Origin: Terriglobia bacterium
Lineage (GTDB): Bacteria; Acidobacteriota; Terriglobia; Bryobacterales; Bryobacteraceae
Assembly: GCA_963757265.1 (NCBI GenBank)
Contig: CAVWRA010000010.1
Location: 344,627 to 408,626 of the forward strand
Direction: 5' to 3'
DNA: 64,000 nt
In this document: piece after piece, positions 46,070 through 55,671 of the stretch
Layout: each line of letters opens with the position of its first letter
How positions within the stretch are numbered: the first letter of the stretch is position 1
The notes under the pieces: model-generated
The model's database searches: none
Told to the model about the DNA's origin: nothing
What the model saw: only the letters and a program-made list of their open reading frames with translations
Translations under genes and position numbers: made by a program

Positions 46070-47161
46070 TCAGCGCGGGGCGAGAGGATTGGCCAACGCC
46101 AGGAGAATATCCGTGGCCAGACGCCTGGCGTCGCCGTCCTCGAGGTTGAGCAGGACGGCGACGATGAGATGGCGGTCGGGCGTGAAGACGAGGTGGGAGT
46201 TGAAGCCCTGCTGGCCGCCGCTGTGTTCGATGACTTGGAGGCCGTGCTCCGAGACGATGTTCCAGCCCAGGCCGAAGCCGGTCAAGGCGCCATTTTTCAG
46301 GCGCTGCGGGGTCCACATCAGAGTGCGCGTGTCCTCCTTGAGGATTCTGTCGCGCAGGAGGGCACGGACCAGGCGGACGGGGTCCTCGGCGGTGCCGAGC
46401 CAACCGCCGCCGGGGGTCTTGTGACTGGTGTCAACCAGCGCGCAATTCTCCAATACGCCGTCGGCGCGCAAGCGGTAGCCGCTGGCGCGGCGGGGGATGA
46501 TGGCGAGGACATCGTCGGGGCGCATGGATTCGATACCGGCCGGGGAGAGGACCGAGTCGCGAACGAAATCGGCATAGGATTTGCCCGAAACGGCCTCGAT
46601 GATGGCGCCCAACAGGACGTAGCCGAAGGTGGAGTAGAAGGCCCGGGTGCCGGGCTCGAAGAGCAACGGATCCTTGGCGAAGACTTCAAGGGCGGCGGTG
46701 GGACTTTCGAAGTGGCGGGTATTGAAGTAGTCGGTGACGCGGTTATGGCGGATGCCGGACTGGTGGCAGAGCAACTCACGGACGGTGATTGGCCATTTTT
46801 TCTTCGGAAACTTGAGCAGGTATTTGTGGATCGGCAGGTCGAGGTTGAGCTGGCCCGTCTCGACCAGGCGCATGACGGCGACGGCGGTGAAGGGCTTGGA
46901 GATGGAGGCCAGGCGGAAGATCGTTTTAGGGGTCGCCGGTACGTCGTTTTCCAGATTGGCCTTGCCCCAGGCACGGGTCCAGATGGGGCCCTGCCCATCC
47001 CACACGGCGATGGAGACGGCGGGCGCGGGCCGAACCGCGAGGAACTTCGAGACGAGCGAGGCGATGAGGTCGGACTGTTGCGGAGTGACCTGGGCGGTGA
47101 GCACCGGCGCCGCCGCGCATACCAGGCAAACAATGCCTGGAAGTGCGTGGCGGCGGGTCAT
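46070..47161 (-). CDS. serine hydrolase, class C beta-lactamase/PBP4*-like family, secreted
   Basis: Signal peptide MTRRHALPGIVCLVCAAAPVLTA. Active-site SISKPFT (SxxK). Later YSTFGY and HSGG-type motifs. Confidence 0.8.
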   Translation of the reverse strand: MTRRHALPGIVCLVCAAAPVLTAQVTPQQSDLIASLVSKFLAVRPAPAVSIAVWDGQGPIWTRAWGKANLENDVPATPKTIFRLASISKPFTAVAVMRLVETGQLNLDLPIHKYLLKFPKKKWPITVRELLCHQSGIRHNRVTDYFNTRHFESPTAALEVFAKDPLLFEPGTRAFYSTFGYVLLGAIIEAVSGKSYADFVRDSVLSPAGIESMRPDDVLAIIPRRASGYRLRADGVLENCALVDTSHKTPGGGWLGTAEDPVRLVRALLRDRILKEDTRTLMWTPQRLKNGALTGFGLGWNIVSEHGLQVIEHSGGQQGFNSHLVFTPDRHLIVAVLLNLEDGDARRLATDILLALANPLAPR

Positions 47162-47308
47162 AGTTCTTCAATTCTTGCACGGCGGCGCGAAGTGGCTGAG
47201 CGGCGAGGGGGCCGGCGCGGGGCGCAGCGAGCGGGTTGGCGGCCGGCAGAAAACCCTTTCTTTCGGGTTACAAAGGCGTTATGCTCACCTCGCGATGGGA
47301 GGAATGGC

Positions 47309-47803
47309 ATGCCACTGCTCGAACGCATGATTCGATACCTCGAAATGCGCGGCTGCTGGTACCGGCACGACGTGCATCCGCTGAGTTTTACCGCCCGTGA
47401 GACCGCGCTCGCGGACCACGTGCCGCCGCGTTGTTTCGCGAAAACCGTGGTGGTGCATTTCGACCAGGGCTACGCGATGGCCGTTTTGCCGGCCGACCGC
47501 GCGTTGAACCTGGACGAGCTGCGCGAGGCCTTCGGCTGCGGGCACCTGCGGCTGGCCACAGAACATGAAGTCGCGGAATTGTTCTCGGATTGTGAACTGG
47601 GAGCGATGCCGCCGCTGGGCAACGGGACGCTGTACGACATGCCGGTGTACGCCGACGGGCTGCTGATGGCGGAGGAGGCGATCTGCTTCAACGCCGGGAC
47701 GCACCGCGACGTGGTGCGGCTGCGGGTGGAGGACTGGTGCGAGCTGGTGCATCCGCGCGTGCTGGCCTTCAGCTCGGGCCGGGCGGCGGCGGCCAGACAG
47801 TAG
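47309..47803 (+). CDS. YbaK/EbsC-like aminoacyl-tRNA-editing-domain protein
   Basis: 164 aa from ATG 47309. AKTVVVHFDQGYAMAVLPADRALNLDEL...ELGAMPPLGN...ICFNAGTH fits the YbaK/ProX deacylase fold. It is the only credible part of the 582-aa ORF-track entry. Confidence 0.65.
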   Translation: MPLLERMIRYLEMRGCWYRHDVHPLSFTARETALADHVPPRCFAKTVVVHFDQGYAMAVLPADRALNLDELREAFGCGHLRLATEHEVAELFSDCELGAMPPLGNGTLYDMPVYADGLLMAEEAICFNAGTHRDVVRLRVEDWCELVHPRVLAFSSGRAAAARQ

Positions 47804-47809
47804 GCCGGC

Positions 47810-50035
47810 CTATTTCAAGGCATCGTCGAAGAAGCGGACGTACTGGGCATTGAGGTGCTGGCGCGCCTTGCCGCCGACGCCGTGCGATTTTTGCGGATAG
47901 AGCAGAAACTCGTAGTCCTTGCCGGCGTTCTGCAGCGCGTTCTGCAGCTGCAACGAATTCCCGAATAACACGTTGTCGTCTTCGATGTTGTGGATCAGCA
48001 GCAGGCGGCCCTTGAGCTGCGCGGCGAAGTTGACGGGCGCGCTGTCGTGATAGCCGTCGGGGTTGTCCTCGGGCAACCCCATATAGCGCTCGGTATAGAT
48101 GGTGTCGTAGTTGAGCCAGTTGGTGACTGGCGCTCCGGCGGCGCCGGCCTTGAAGATCTCAGGCGCGTGGAGCAGGCACTGCAGGGTCATGTAGCCGCCG
48201 TAGCTCCAGCCCATCACGCCGATGCGCTGCGGATCGGCGAAGCCGAGCGAGAGCAGGTAGCGCACGCCGGCCACCTGGTCCTGCACTTCCACCTGGCCGA
48301 GGTGATGGAGGACGGGGGTCTCGAAGGCGTGGCCGCGGCCGGCTGCGCCGCGGTTGTCCATCTGCCAGACGACGTAGCCGCGATGGGCGAAGACCTGGTC
48401 GAGGGAGACGCCTCCGGGCCAGCGGTTGGCGACCGAAAGCCCGACGCCCGGGCCGCCGTAGACCTGCACGATGACGGGGTATTTCCGTGCCGGATCGAAG
48501 TGTGCCGGCTTGATGAGCCGGCCGTAGAAAGTCAGGCCGCCGGGAGCCTGGAAGGTGTGGATCTCGGTGGGGAGGAGCTCGTATTTGTCGAGGACTCCGC
48601 GGTTGGCGGGCTTGAGCACGCGCAGCAGTTTGCCATCGCCGTCGTAGAGAGTAGTGGCAGGCGGGTTTTCGAGATTGGAGTAAGTGTCGATGAAGAGGTC
48701 GCAGGCGGGACTCATGGAGATGCCGTGCCAGCCGGGCGCGGGCGTCAGTGGCCGTTTGTCCGAGCCGTCGAAGCCCACGCTGAAGAGATGGTGCTCAAGG
48801 GGGGGGCCTTCGGTGGACTCGTACCAGACGCGCTTGCGGGCCTCATCGACACAGGCCAAAGCCGTGACTTCCCAATCGCCGGAGGTGAGGCGGGTGGCTG
48901 TCCTGCCATCGGCGGATTGCATGTAGAGATGGCGGAAACCGTCGAGCTCACCGCCGATCAGGAAGGCACCGTCGGAGAGGATATGGAAGTCGTCCTTGAT
49001 GTTGATCCAGGCGGGATCTTGGACGTTGACCATCGCACGCGAGGCGCCGGTAGAGGCGTCAGCATAGAGGACCTCGAGGTGATTCTGCACGCGGTTGAGG
49101 CGGTGGACGACGACGTTCTTGGAATCGGGCGTCCAGGTCACGCGCGGGTAAAGGAACAGGCGCGGCTCGCCCAGGTCCATCCAATGGGTTGGTCCGCCGG
49201 CGACGCTTACCACGCCGATGCGCACGTCGGCGTTGGGCGTGCCGGCCTTGGGGTAGCGCTGGGGTTCGGAGACGGCATCGATGGCCAGGTGATCGACGTG
49301 GCCGTAGATGTGCTCGCGGCTGACATCGAACTGCATATAGGCGATGCGGCTGGAGTCGGGCGACCACCACCAGGCGGTGCCGAGGTCGAGCTCCTCGGGA
49401 TAGACCCAGTCGAGCATGGCGTTGAGGCGGGTGTCGGTGCCGTCGAAAGTCAGGCGCGTTTCCTTGCGCAATGAGGCGTCTATCAGGCCGCCGTCCTTGT
49501 GGGCGATGTCGAGGACGTAGAGTTCGGAGCCGCGGCGGAAGGCGACCTTGGTGCCGTCGGGAGAGAGCTTGGGATCCCGCTCGGCGACGGGCGTGGCGGT
49601 GAGCTGCTCGGTCTTATTTGTCACGGAGTCCCACAGGAACAGGTCGCCGCGCACGATCAGCAGCAGGCGCTTGCCGTCGGCGGACCATTGGATTCGTTCA
49701 TCCTGAACGCGGCGGTTCTCCCAGGTGGAGGCGTTGGGACGCTCGACGGGAACGGCCTGTTTTTCGAGGGGTTCGATGGAGAAAAGCTCTTTGGAGGCGG
49801 TGGAGTCCTTGCTCCACTCGATGAGCTTCGAGGCTTCGATCCACACGAAGCTGCCGCCCTGGGGGCGCCACACGTGGCCGGGCGCGAACTGGCCGGCGAA
49901 GCCCCGCATGCCGCCTTCCTGAAGGCTCTCGAGAGTCACGGGCTTTTTCTGGGCAGACAGCAGAGCGGCGAGAAGAACGAAAGCCGCCGACAGGCGCGCG
50001 AGAGGGGAGCGGAATGGAGGGACCATGGCTCTCAT
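47810..50035 (-). CDS. S9B dipeptidyl-peptidase IV-family serine peptidase, secreted
   Basis: Signal peptide. DPP-IV N-terminal beta-propeller region. Catalytic GWSYGGYM, later IEDDNV (Asp) and KSHGV (His). Confidence 0.85.
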   Translation of the reverse strand: MRAMVPPFRSPLARLSAAFVLLAALLSAQKKPVTLESLQEGGMRGFAGQFAPGHVWRPQGGSFVWIEASKLIEWSKDSTASKELFSIEPLEKQAVPVERPNASTWENRRVQDERIQWSADGKRLLLIVRGDLFLWDSVTNKTEQLTATPVAERDPKLSPDGTKVAFRRGSELYVLDIAHKDGGLIDASLRKETRLTFDGTDTRLNAMLDWVYPEELDLGTAWWWSPDSSRIAYMQFDVSREHIYGHVDHLAIDAVSEPQRYPKAGTPNADVRIGVVSVAGGPTHWMDLGEPRLFLYPRVTWTPDSKNVVVHRLNRVQNHLEVLYADASTGASRAMVNVQDPAWINIKDDFHILSDGAFLIGGELDGFRHLYMQSADGRTATRLTSGDWEVTALACVDEARKRVWYESTEGPPLEHHLFSVGFDGSDKRPLTPAPGWHGISMSPACDLFIDTYSNLENPPATTLYDGDGKLLRVLKPANRGVLDKYELLPTEIHTFQAPGGLTFYGRLIKPAHFDPARKYPVIVQVYGGPGVGLSVANRWPGGVSLDQVFAHRGYVVWQMDNRGAAGRGHAFETPVLHHLGQVEVQDQVAGVRYLLSLGFADPQRIGVMGWSYGGYMTLQCLLHAPEIFKAGAAGAPVTNWLNYDTIYTERYMGLPEDNPDGYHDSAPVNFAAQLKGRLLLIHNIEDDNVLFGNSLQLQNALQNAGKDYEFLLYPQKSHGVGGKARQHLNAQYVRFFDDALK

Positions 50036-50183
50036 TAGAATATCCTCCAGCGGCGGGTTGATGTCCGCGGAGCGTGGGAGGAGCAGGCCGTGCGCGCCGA
50101 AACTGATGAAGGGCGACGCGGAGCGGCAGTAGAGCGGCTGCGCTGGTCTGTCAATCCAAGTTCAGCCCGATACAATTAAGGAC

Positions 50184-50669
50184 GTGGATGTTTCATCACA
50201 AACAGGCGCGGCGGAGCGGCGCGGGGCGCGGCTGCTGGGCCTGGACATCGGGAAGCGGCGCATCGGAATCGCGTTCTACGACGCGGCGGAAGGCATGGTG
50301 CGGGGTCTCGACACGCTGCCGCGCAAGACGCGGGAGCAAGACCTGTCGCGTCTCAGCCGCATGGCGACGGAACGGCGGGCGACGGCGTTCGTCTCCGGCC
50401 TGCCGTTGAACATGGATGGCACGGAGGGGGCGCAGGCCCAACAGGTGCGCGAGTTCTGCGGACGGCTGGAGCGGGCCAGCGGCCTGGCGGTGCATTACCA
50501 GGACGAGCGGCTGACATCGGTGGAAGCCGAAGGGCGCATGAAGGACGCCGGATGGAGCCTGAAGAAGCTGCTGGCGGAAAAGCGCAAGGGCGCGGTGGAC
50601 CGGATGGCGGCGGTGCTGGTGCTGGAAGACTATGTAGCGGCGCAGGCGGGACGCGGGGAGGCGGAGTGA
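50184..50669 (+). CDS. ruvX: Holliday-junction resolvase-like / pre-16S rRNA nuclease RuvX (YqgF)
   Basis: LLGLDIGKRRIGIA, GLPLNMDGTEG, YQDERLTSVEA are YqgF motifs. Confidence 0.8.
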   Translation: MDVSSQTGAAERRGARLLGLDIGKRRIGIAFYDAAEGMVRGLDTLPRKTREQDLSRLSRMATERRATAFVSGLPLNMDGTEGAQAQQVREFCGRLERASGLAVHYQDERLTSVEAEGRMKDAGWSLKKLLAEKRKGAVDRMAAVLVLEDYVAAQAGRGEAE

Positions 50670-51664
50670 GGCGACTGGCGCTGGCGATTGTGCTGGCGGG
50701 CGCGGCCGGGACGCTGGGCCTGCTGCACTGGCTGGTGCGCGACGACCGCTACGCCGATTTTGTCGAGCCGGTGTTCGTGGACATTCCGCACGGGACATCC
50801 TCCTGGAGCATCGGGGAGAAGCTGAGCGCGGCGGGCGTGGTGCGCAATCCGTGGCTGTTCCAACTGGCACGTCTGACCAAGCCCGGGAAACCGGCACAGG
50901 CGGGCGAGTACCGATTCGCCGAGGCGGCCGCGCCGGCGGAAGTGGTGGCGCGGCTGGCGGCGGGGGACGTGTTTCTGATCGAAGTGCGGGTGCCGGAGGG
51001 GAGCAACGTCTTCGACATTGCGGCGGCGGTGGAGCGGGCGGGACTGGGAACGGCCCAGGCGTTTCTGGCCCAGGCGCGCTCGCCGGACCTGATCCACGAC
51101 CTGGCGCCGGATGCGCCGAGCCTGGAGGGTTATCTGTTCCCGGCCACCTACCGCTTTCGCCGCAACGTGCCGCTGAGCGACGTGTGCCGGGCCATGACGG
51201 CGCAATTCCGGCGGGTGTGGCGCGAGTTGGATGCGCCCAGCGGGGATCCGAATGCGAGCGTGACCCTGGCGTCGATGGTGGAGAAGGAAGCGGCCCTGGC
51301 AGAGGAGCGCCCGCGCATTGCCGGCGTGTACGCGGCGCGGCTGCGGATCGGCATGAAATTGGATTGTGACCCGACGGTGGTTTATGGGTCGCTCGTGGAG
51401 GGGCGCTGGAAGGGCGTCATCCACCGTTCGGAGCTGGAGAGCAAGAACCGCTACAACACGTATCAGCACGCGGGATTGCCGCCGGGGCCGATCGCGAACC
51501 CGGGGCGCGACGCGCTGCGGGCCGCGCTGCATCCATCCGTGACCGACGAACTGTATTTCGTCGCCACGCCCGGAGGCGGCGGCGCGCACACGTTCTCCAG
51601 GGACATCGACGCGCATGAGAAAGCCGTGGCAAGCTATCGTCGTGGGCAACACAAGCGGAAGTGA
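50666..51664 (+). CDS. mltG: endolytic murein transglycosylase MltG (YceG-like)
   Basis: GTG 50666 overlaps the ruvX stop (GTGA). N-terminal TM. LEGYLFPATY, LASMVEKEA, DPTVVYG, YNTYQHAGLPPGPIANPG are MltG signatures. Confidence 0.85.
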   Translation: MRRLALAIVLAGAAGTLGLLHWLVRDDRYADFVEPVFVDIPHGTSSWSIGEKLSAAGVVRNPWLFQLARLTKPGKPAQAGEYRFAEAAAPAEVVARLAAGDVFLIEVRVPEGSNVFDIAAAVERAGLGTAQAFLAQARSPDLIHDLAPDAPSLEGYLFPATYRFRRNVPLSDVCRAMTAQFRRVWRELDAPSGDPNASVTLASMVEKEAALAEERPRIAGVYAARLRIGMKLDCDPTVVYGSLVEGRWKGVIHRSELESKNRYNTYQHAGLPPGPIANPGRDALRAALHPSVTDELYFVATPGGGGAHTFSRDIDAHEKAVASYRRGQHKRK

Positions 51665-52220
51665 CCGCCCGCCAGAGGGGGAGAAACGGACTCCTGCCGG
51701 CAAACCGGCCGGGCGAGCGGGACGGCAGCCGGGTAAGAAGCGACGGATCCTGGCGTGGCTGGCCGCGCGCGGATGGGACCGCGTGAGCGAGGCGCGGGCA
51801 GTTGAACTCGGCGCCGCGTTTCCCGATTGTTCGGAAGAGAGGCGCCGCGCGGCGTTGCTGGAATCGGGCCTGGCGCTGGACCCGCTGGTGGAGGGCGTTC
51901 GCCAGGAGAGCTACGAGCGGCTGGAAAGCACGCTTAACGCGTTGCTGCGCGAATATCAATCCGCCAAGCAGGCCGGGAACGAGCGGCGACGGCAGGCCAT
52001 CCGGGCGGTAGTGATGCGGGCCAAGGAACACGCCGAACTGGCGGCGCACAATTCCAGGACAGGCGCGCAAAAGCGCGCCGAAAAGACCGAGATGGCGGCC
52101 TGGCTGCGGACATGGCTCGAGAATCCGCCCGTGTTTCCCGACTGGGCCACGCTGCGCAAGCGGCAGCTGGGCCGGGCGGCGTCCGGCGCAGAGGCGGAGG
52201 AGCCGCCGGGCGGCGATTGA
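51615..52220 (+). CDS. hypothetical protein
   Basis: Open frame overlapping the mltG 3' end by ~50 nt. Basic N-terminus, helical remainder. Start uncertain. Confidence 0.35.
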   Translation: MRKPWQAIVVGNTSGSDRPPEGEKRTPAGKPAGRAGRQPGKKRRILAWLAARGWDRVSEARAVELGAAFPDCSEERRRAALLESGLALDPLVEGVRQESYERLESTLNALLREYQSAKQAGNERRRQAIRAVVMRAKEHAELAAHNSRTGAQKRAEKTEMAAWLRTWLENPPVFPDWATLRKRQLGRAASGAEAEEPPGGD

Positions 52221-52312
52221 GGATCGCGCACGCGGGGCGGCGAATTGAATCGCGCCGGCAATGCGAATAGAATGACGGCGCGAGTGCTGTCAGCGGCGGT
52301 CGCGGGGAACCT

Positions 52313-53458
52313 ATGAAAAGCGAACTGACTGTTCTGCTTGTCCACGGCGAGGAGACATCCGCGGCGAGTCTGCGCGAGGAGCTGGAGAAATCGCAGGCTC
52401 CGGCCATCCGGGCGCAGTGGGCCGGTACCCTCGCGCGGGCGCTCGAAATGCTGGCCGGCACGGCGTTCGATGTGATTGTGGCGGAGCTGGAGCTGCCCGA
52501 CAGCAGGGGTTTCGAGACGGTCACCCGATTGAAGCAGCAGCAGCCCGAGGCGGCATTGGTCGTGCTGACAGCTTCGGAGGACGATGAGCTGGCCCTGCGG
52601 ACCCTGCGCGCCGGGGCGGAAGAGCATTTCACCCGGGGCGAAGTGAGCGCGCAGAATCTCAGCCGGCGTCTGCGCTTTGCGGTGGAGCGCCACAGGGCCA
52701 AGATTCCGCGGCAGGCGCGCGTGCTGGCCTTTATCGGCTCGAAGGGCGGGGTGGGCACAACCACGGTCGTGCTGAACATGGCGGCGGCGATGCTGGCGCT
52801 GGGAAAATCCGTGATTGCCATCGAGATGCATTCCGATTGTGGTTCTTTCGCCACGCAGCTCATTGTGACGCCCACGCGCACAATCAGGCGATTGAGCGAA
52901 TCCGCGAGCATCGCCGCGCAGGACGTGCAGGAGTGCGTCGTCAAGCTGCCATCCGGTCTGCAGGTGTTGTTCGGACCGCAGACATTGAATGAATTCAGCC
53001 CGGAGTTGGACGCAGAAAAAGCCGTTCCGATCCTGAAGGGAGCGGCCAGCCTGGCGGAGGTGGTGATTCTCGATTTGCCGATCAGGCTCAACGCCGCCAA
53101 CGCCGCGCTGGTCCACGCGGCTAACTACACGGTGCTGGTGATGGAGCGTGAAAGAGCGGCATTCGAAGCGGCGCTGGTGCATCTGCCATTGCTGGAGTCG
53201 TGGAGCGCGGCTCAAAGAATGGTGGGCGCGCTGGTGGTCAATCGGATGTCCTTCGTGCAAGCCGTTTCGCTCGAGGAGATTGTGCGGCGGCTGGACTGCG
53301 GGTTCTTAGGAACGATTCCACCGGCGGCGGAACTGCTGGCGGTGCGCGGAACGGGCGCGCCGTTGGTGCTGGGGCGGCCGGATGCGGCCTTCTCTCAATC
53401 GGTCATGGACCTGGCGGAGCGAGTGTCGACCGATCCGGTGAAGTACTTCGAGGCGTAA
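52313..53458 (+). CDS. TadZ/CpaE-like protein: degenerate receiver domain + ParA/MinD-type ATPase (paralogue of 28221-29474)
   Basis: LLVHGEETS (acidic pocket lost), DVIVAELELPDSRG, VVLTAS, then GSKGGVGTTT, VILDLP. Confidence 0.75.
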   Translation: MKSELTVLLVHGEETSAASLREELEKSQAPAIRAQWAGTLARALEMLAGTAFDVIVAELELPDSRGFETVTRLKQQQPEAALVVLTASEDDELALRTLRAGAEEHFTRGEVSAQNLSRRLRFAVERHRAKIPRQARVLAFIGSKGGVGTTTVVLNMAAAMLALGKSVIAIEMHSDCGSFATQLIVTPTRTIRRLSESASIAAQDVQECVVKLPSGLQVLFGPQTLNEFSPELDAEKAVPILKGAASLAEVVILDLPIRLNAANAALVHAANYTVLVMERERAAFEAALVHLPLLESWSAAQRMVGALVVNRMSFVQAVSLEEIVRRLDCGFLGTIPPAAELLAVRGTGAPLVLGRPDAAFSQSVMDLAERVSTDPVKYFEA

Positions 53459-53571
53459 GAACGCTGGAAAGGGAGATTTGAGACGCAGAGCGCGCATCCG
53501 CCGTTGGGGAGAAACAGCGGCGCCACACCGGACGCCAGTTATGATGATCATTTGGTGCGTGGAGACGGCGA

Positions 53572-54618
53572 TTGAGCACGACCCGGCCTGATCAGGCGTC
53601 AACCTCAGCGCGCCACCTGCGCCGAGGGGCGTGGCGCGCTGGCGGATTGGTTGCCTGGGCCGCGTTGTTCGGGCCCATGATCGTCGCGCCGGCGCCGGCT
53701 CGCGCCGAAGGGCCGGTGGATTTCGGCCTGGCCGAGTTGCATCGCGTGATCGAGGAACGGGGCCTCAATCCGCGCTCTTTCCAGGTCGCAGTCGAGTACT
53801 CGCTGGTGCTGCCGGCGGACGGTTTTCAGATCCAGGGACAGATCGTTCGCGGCGGATCGCGCCGGGGCGTGATGTACGGTCTGCTTGAGGCTGCCGATCA
53901 GCTGCGCGAACGCAAGGCGCTGGTGGCCCTGAAGGCGACGCCACGTTTTGAAATACGCTCGGCGCGCCTGCGAGGCAGCGACGAAGTGCTGGCCCGTCCG
54001 GAGCGCGAGTGGAGTGAATTGTTTACGGAATTGGCGCGGGCGCGCTTCAACCGGCTGCGGATCGAAGTGCCGGAACTCACCGCGGAGCGCTCCGTGCGGC
54101 TGGCGCGCATCGCTCCACTGGCCGAAGAACATGCCATCGACCTGGCGCTGAAGCTCACGGAGATCGATGCGCCGATGGTGTTGAAGCTGCTGGGCGAATC
54201 GATCGTCTTCAAGGCCGTGCAGGTTCCGGGGGCGGCGGCCGCCACGGGGTTGACGACGCTGTCGGAGGCGGGCCGGTTTGTAACGCTCGACCTGGCGGCG
54301 GATGACCTGACGGCCGATTTGAAAAAAGAGGCCCAAGAGATGCGCGTGCCGCTGCTCACGCTCAGCACGAGCGCCTCTGGCCCGGCACCGCATGTATGGC
54401 TGGCCGCGCTGGCGGCGCCGGAGTCGTTGGAAGCGCTGGCAGCGGGCGGGTCAGCGGGCTTCGAGGCGGGGCCGCTGGGCGCGGATTGGACGGGATTGGT
54501 GCACCAGCTCGGCGGCTGGTCCAGCCTGGCATTCACCGAGGAACGCGGCCGCGCGGCGGCGGCGATGGGTAAGCCCGCCGCGAAGAAGAAGACGACGAAG
54601 AAGCGCCCCAGCCAGTGA
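53572..54618 (+). CDS. hypothetical secreted protein with Lys-rich tail
   Basis: Signal-like segment GLVAWAALFGPMIVAPAPARA. No catalytic motif recognised. Ends KPAAKKKTTKKRPSQ. TTG start in the ORF track. Confidence 0.45.
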   Translation: MSTTRPDQASTSARHLRRGAWRAGGLVAWAALFGPMIVAPAPARAEGPVDFGLAELHRVIEERGLNPRSFQVAVEYSLVLPADGFQIQGQIVRGGSRRGVMYGLLEAADQLRERKALVALKATPRFEIRSARLRGSDEVLARPEREWSELFTELARARFNRLRIEVPELTAERSVRLARIAPLAEEHAIDLALKLTEIDAPMVLKLLGESIVFKAVQVPGAAAATGLTTLSEAGRFVTLDLAADDLTADLKKEAQEMRVPLLTLSTSASGPAPHVWLAALAAPESLEALAAGGSAGFEAGPLGADWTGLVHQLGGWSSLAFTEERGRAAAAMGKPAAKKKTTKKRPSQ

Positions 54619-54770
54619 GTGCAGCACCAGCATGGAGCCGGACCGGCCAGACGGCGGAGGCCGGCGGCAACGGGCAGCGGTTCAATTCCTCGCTCGCGCG
54701 CGGCTTCGGGCGCGATGCTGCGCACGGGGCGATCAGCCGGGTTTCCGGAAACCCCACTTAACGGCCACGA

Positions 54771-55439
54771 TCAGCGAAAGTCCTCATTCTCGAGGCAGAT
54801 TCCGGGAAAGTCCCTTAGCTGATGGAGCGTTAGGTGACGCTCGATTTTGCCATCCGGTACTGATACCAGATATCCTTCCGCGTGACCGAGGTCGGACCCG
54901 CAGTCTCCGGTTGGATACACCTCGGTCATCAGCATGAGATGCCTGGAGTCGTGAACCCAACTAATCGCGCTGACGTTATTTCCACGGCTCTTGCAGTAGT
55001 GGCGCGCGTTGAAGGAATCAACGGCTGTCTGTATTACCCGAGAAGCCTCCGTTACTGTGTCGCCGTGCATCAGGAACACCCGCACATGGAAGTTGCCGAC
55101 CGCCCCGCCATCGCTGTAAGTGAGGGCGAACGCGTCCCGATCCGGCGACCAGAGTATCAGTGCATTAGACGAAAGGTCACCAACGACAAATGTGAAGACC
55201 GGTCGAGTGCCACGATTGACCGAGAACCGCCCCTGGGCGGGGTCGAGTCGGACGCTAATTCCATCCCCTCCGGGTACGCTGGCTTGAATGGCACCCTCAC
55301 CCAACCAGAACTGCGAGGAATCCTGATAGCAATAGGTGACGAGCCGCCGAGGACCCTGTTGGGCTACCGCCGTAGCCACGAGCATCGCCGCGACTGCAAG
55401 AGGGGCTAACGGCTTGAGGACTTGCCAGCGATGTCGCAT
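54771..55439 (-). CDS. hypothetical secreted protein
   Basis: Probable start ATG 55439 (MRHRWQVLKPLAPLAVAAMLVATAVAQQ signal peptide). Visibly less GC-rich than its neighbours. Confidence 0.45.
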   Translation of the reverse strand: MRHRWQVLKPLAPLAVAAMLVATAVAQQGPRRLVTYCYQDSSQFWLGEGAIQASVPGGDGISVRLDPAQGRFSVNRGTRPVFTFVVGDLSSNALILWSPDRDAFALTYSDGGAVGNFHVRVFLMHGDTVTEASRVIQTAVDSFNARHYCKSRGNNVSAISWVHDSRHLMLMTEVYPTGDCGSDLGHAEGYLVSVPDGKIERHLTLHQLRDFPGICLENEDFR

Positions 55440-55671
55440 GACTTCAATGTTCAGCATCAGCACTGCAAAGGCAAGCGTCTAGGGTTGTACTCGGGGCCGC
55501 ACTGCGCCAAGGGACGGCCATCATTGACGTAAAACGGCGTATCGGAGACTGGCCTACTGCCCGGCAAAGCGCTACCGGACGGGCGGGCACGGACGCCCAG
55601 GGGTGCATGCCGCGGAGCGCTCGCTGCCACCTGGCATCCCGACCTGCCAGCGCATCACATAGAATGACTGC

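Noticed and set aside
46055-47803. 582-aa ORF-track entry.
   Set aside because: The first ~418 codons are antisense to the beta-lactamase-family gene and look non-protein-like. Only the last 164 codons (47309-47803, YbaK-like) are credible.
47801-47812. The stop codons of convergent ybaK-like and DPP-IV genes form a perfect 12-bp palindrome TAGGCCGGCCTA.
   Set aside because: It is too short and loop-less to be a terminator hairpin, and is probably a coincidence in GC-rich DNA. Noted only as a curiosity.
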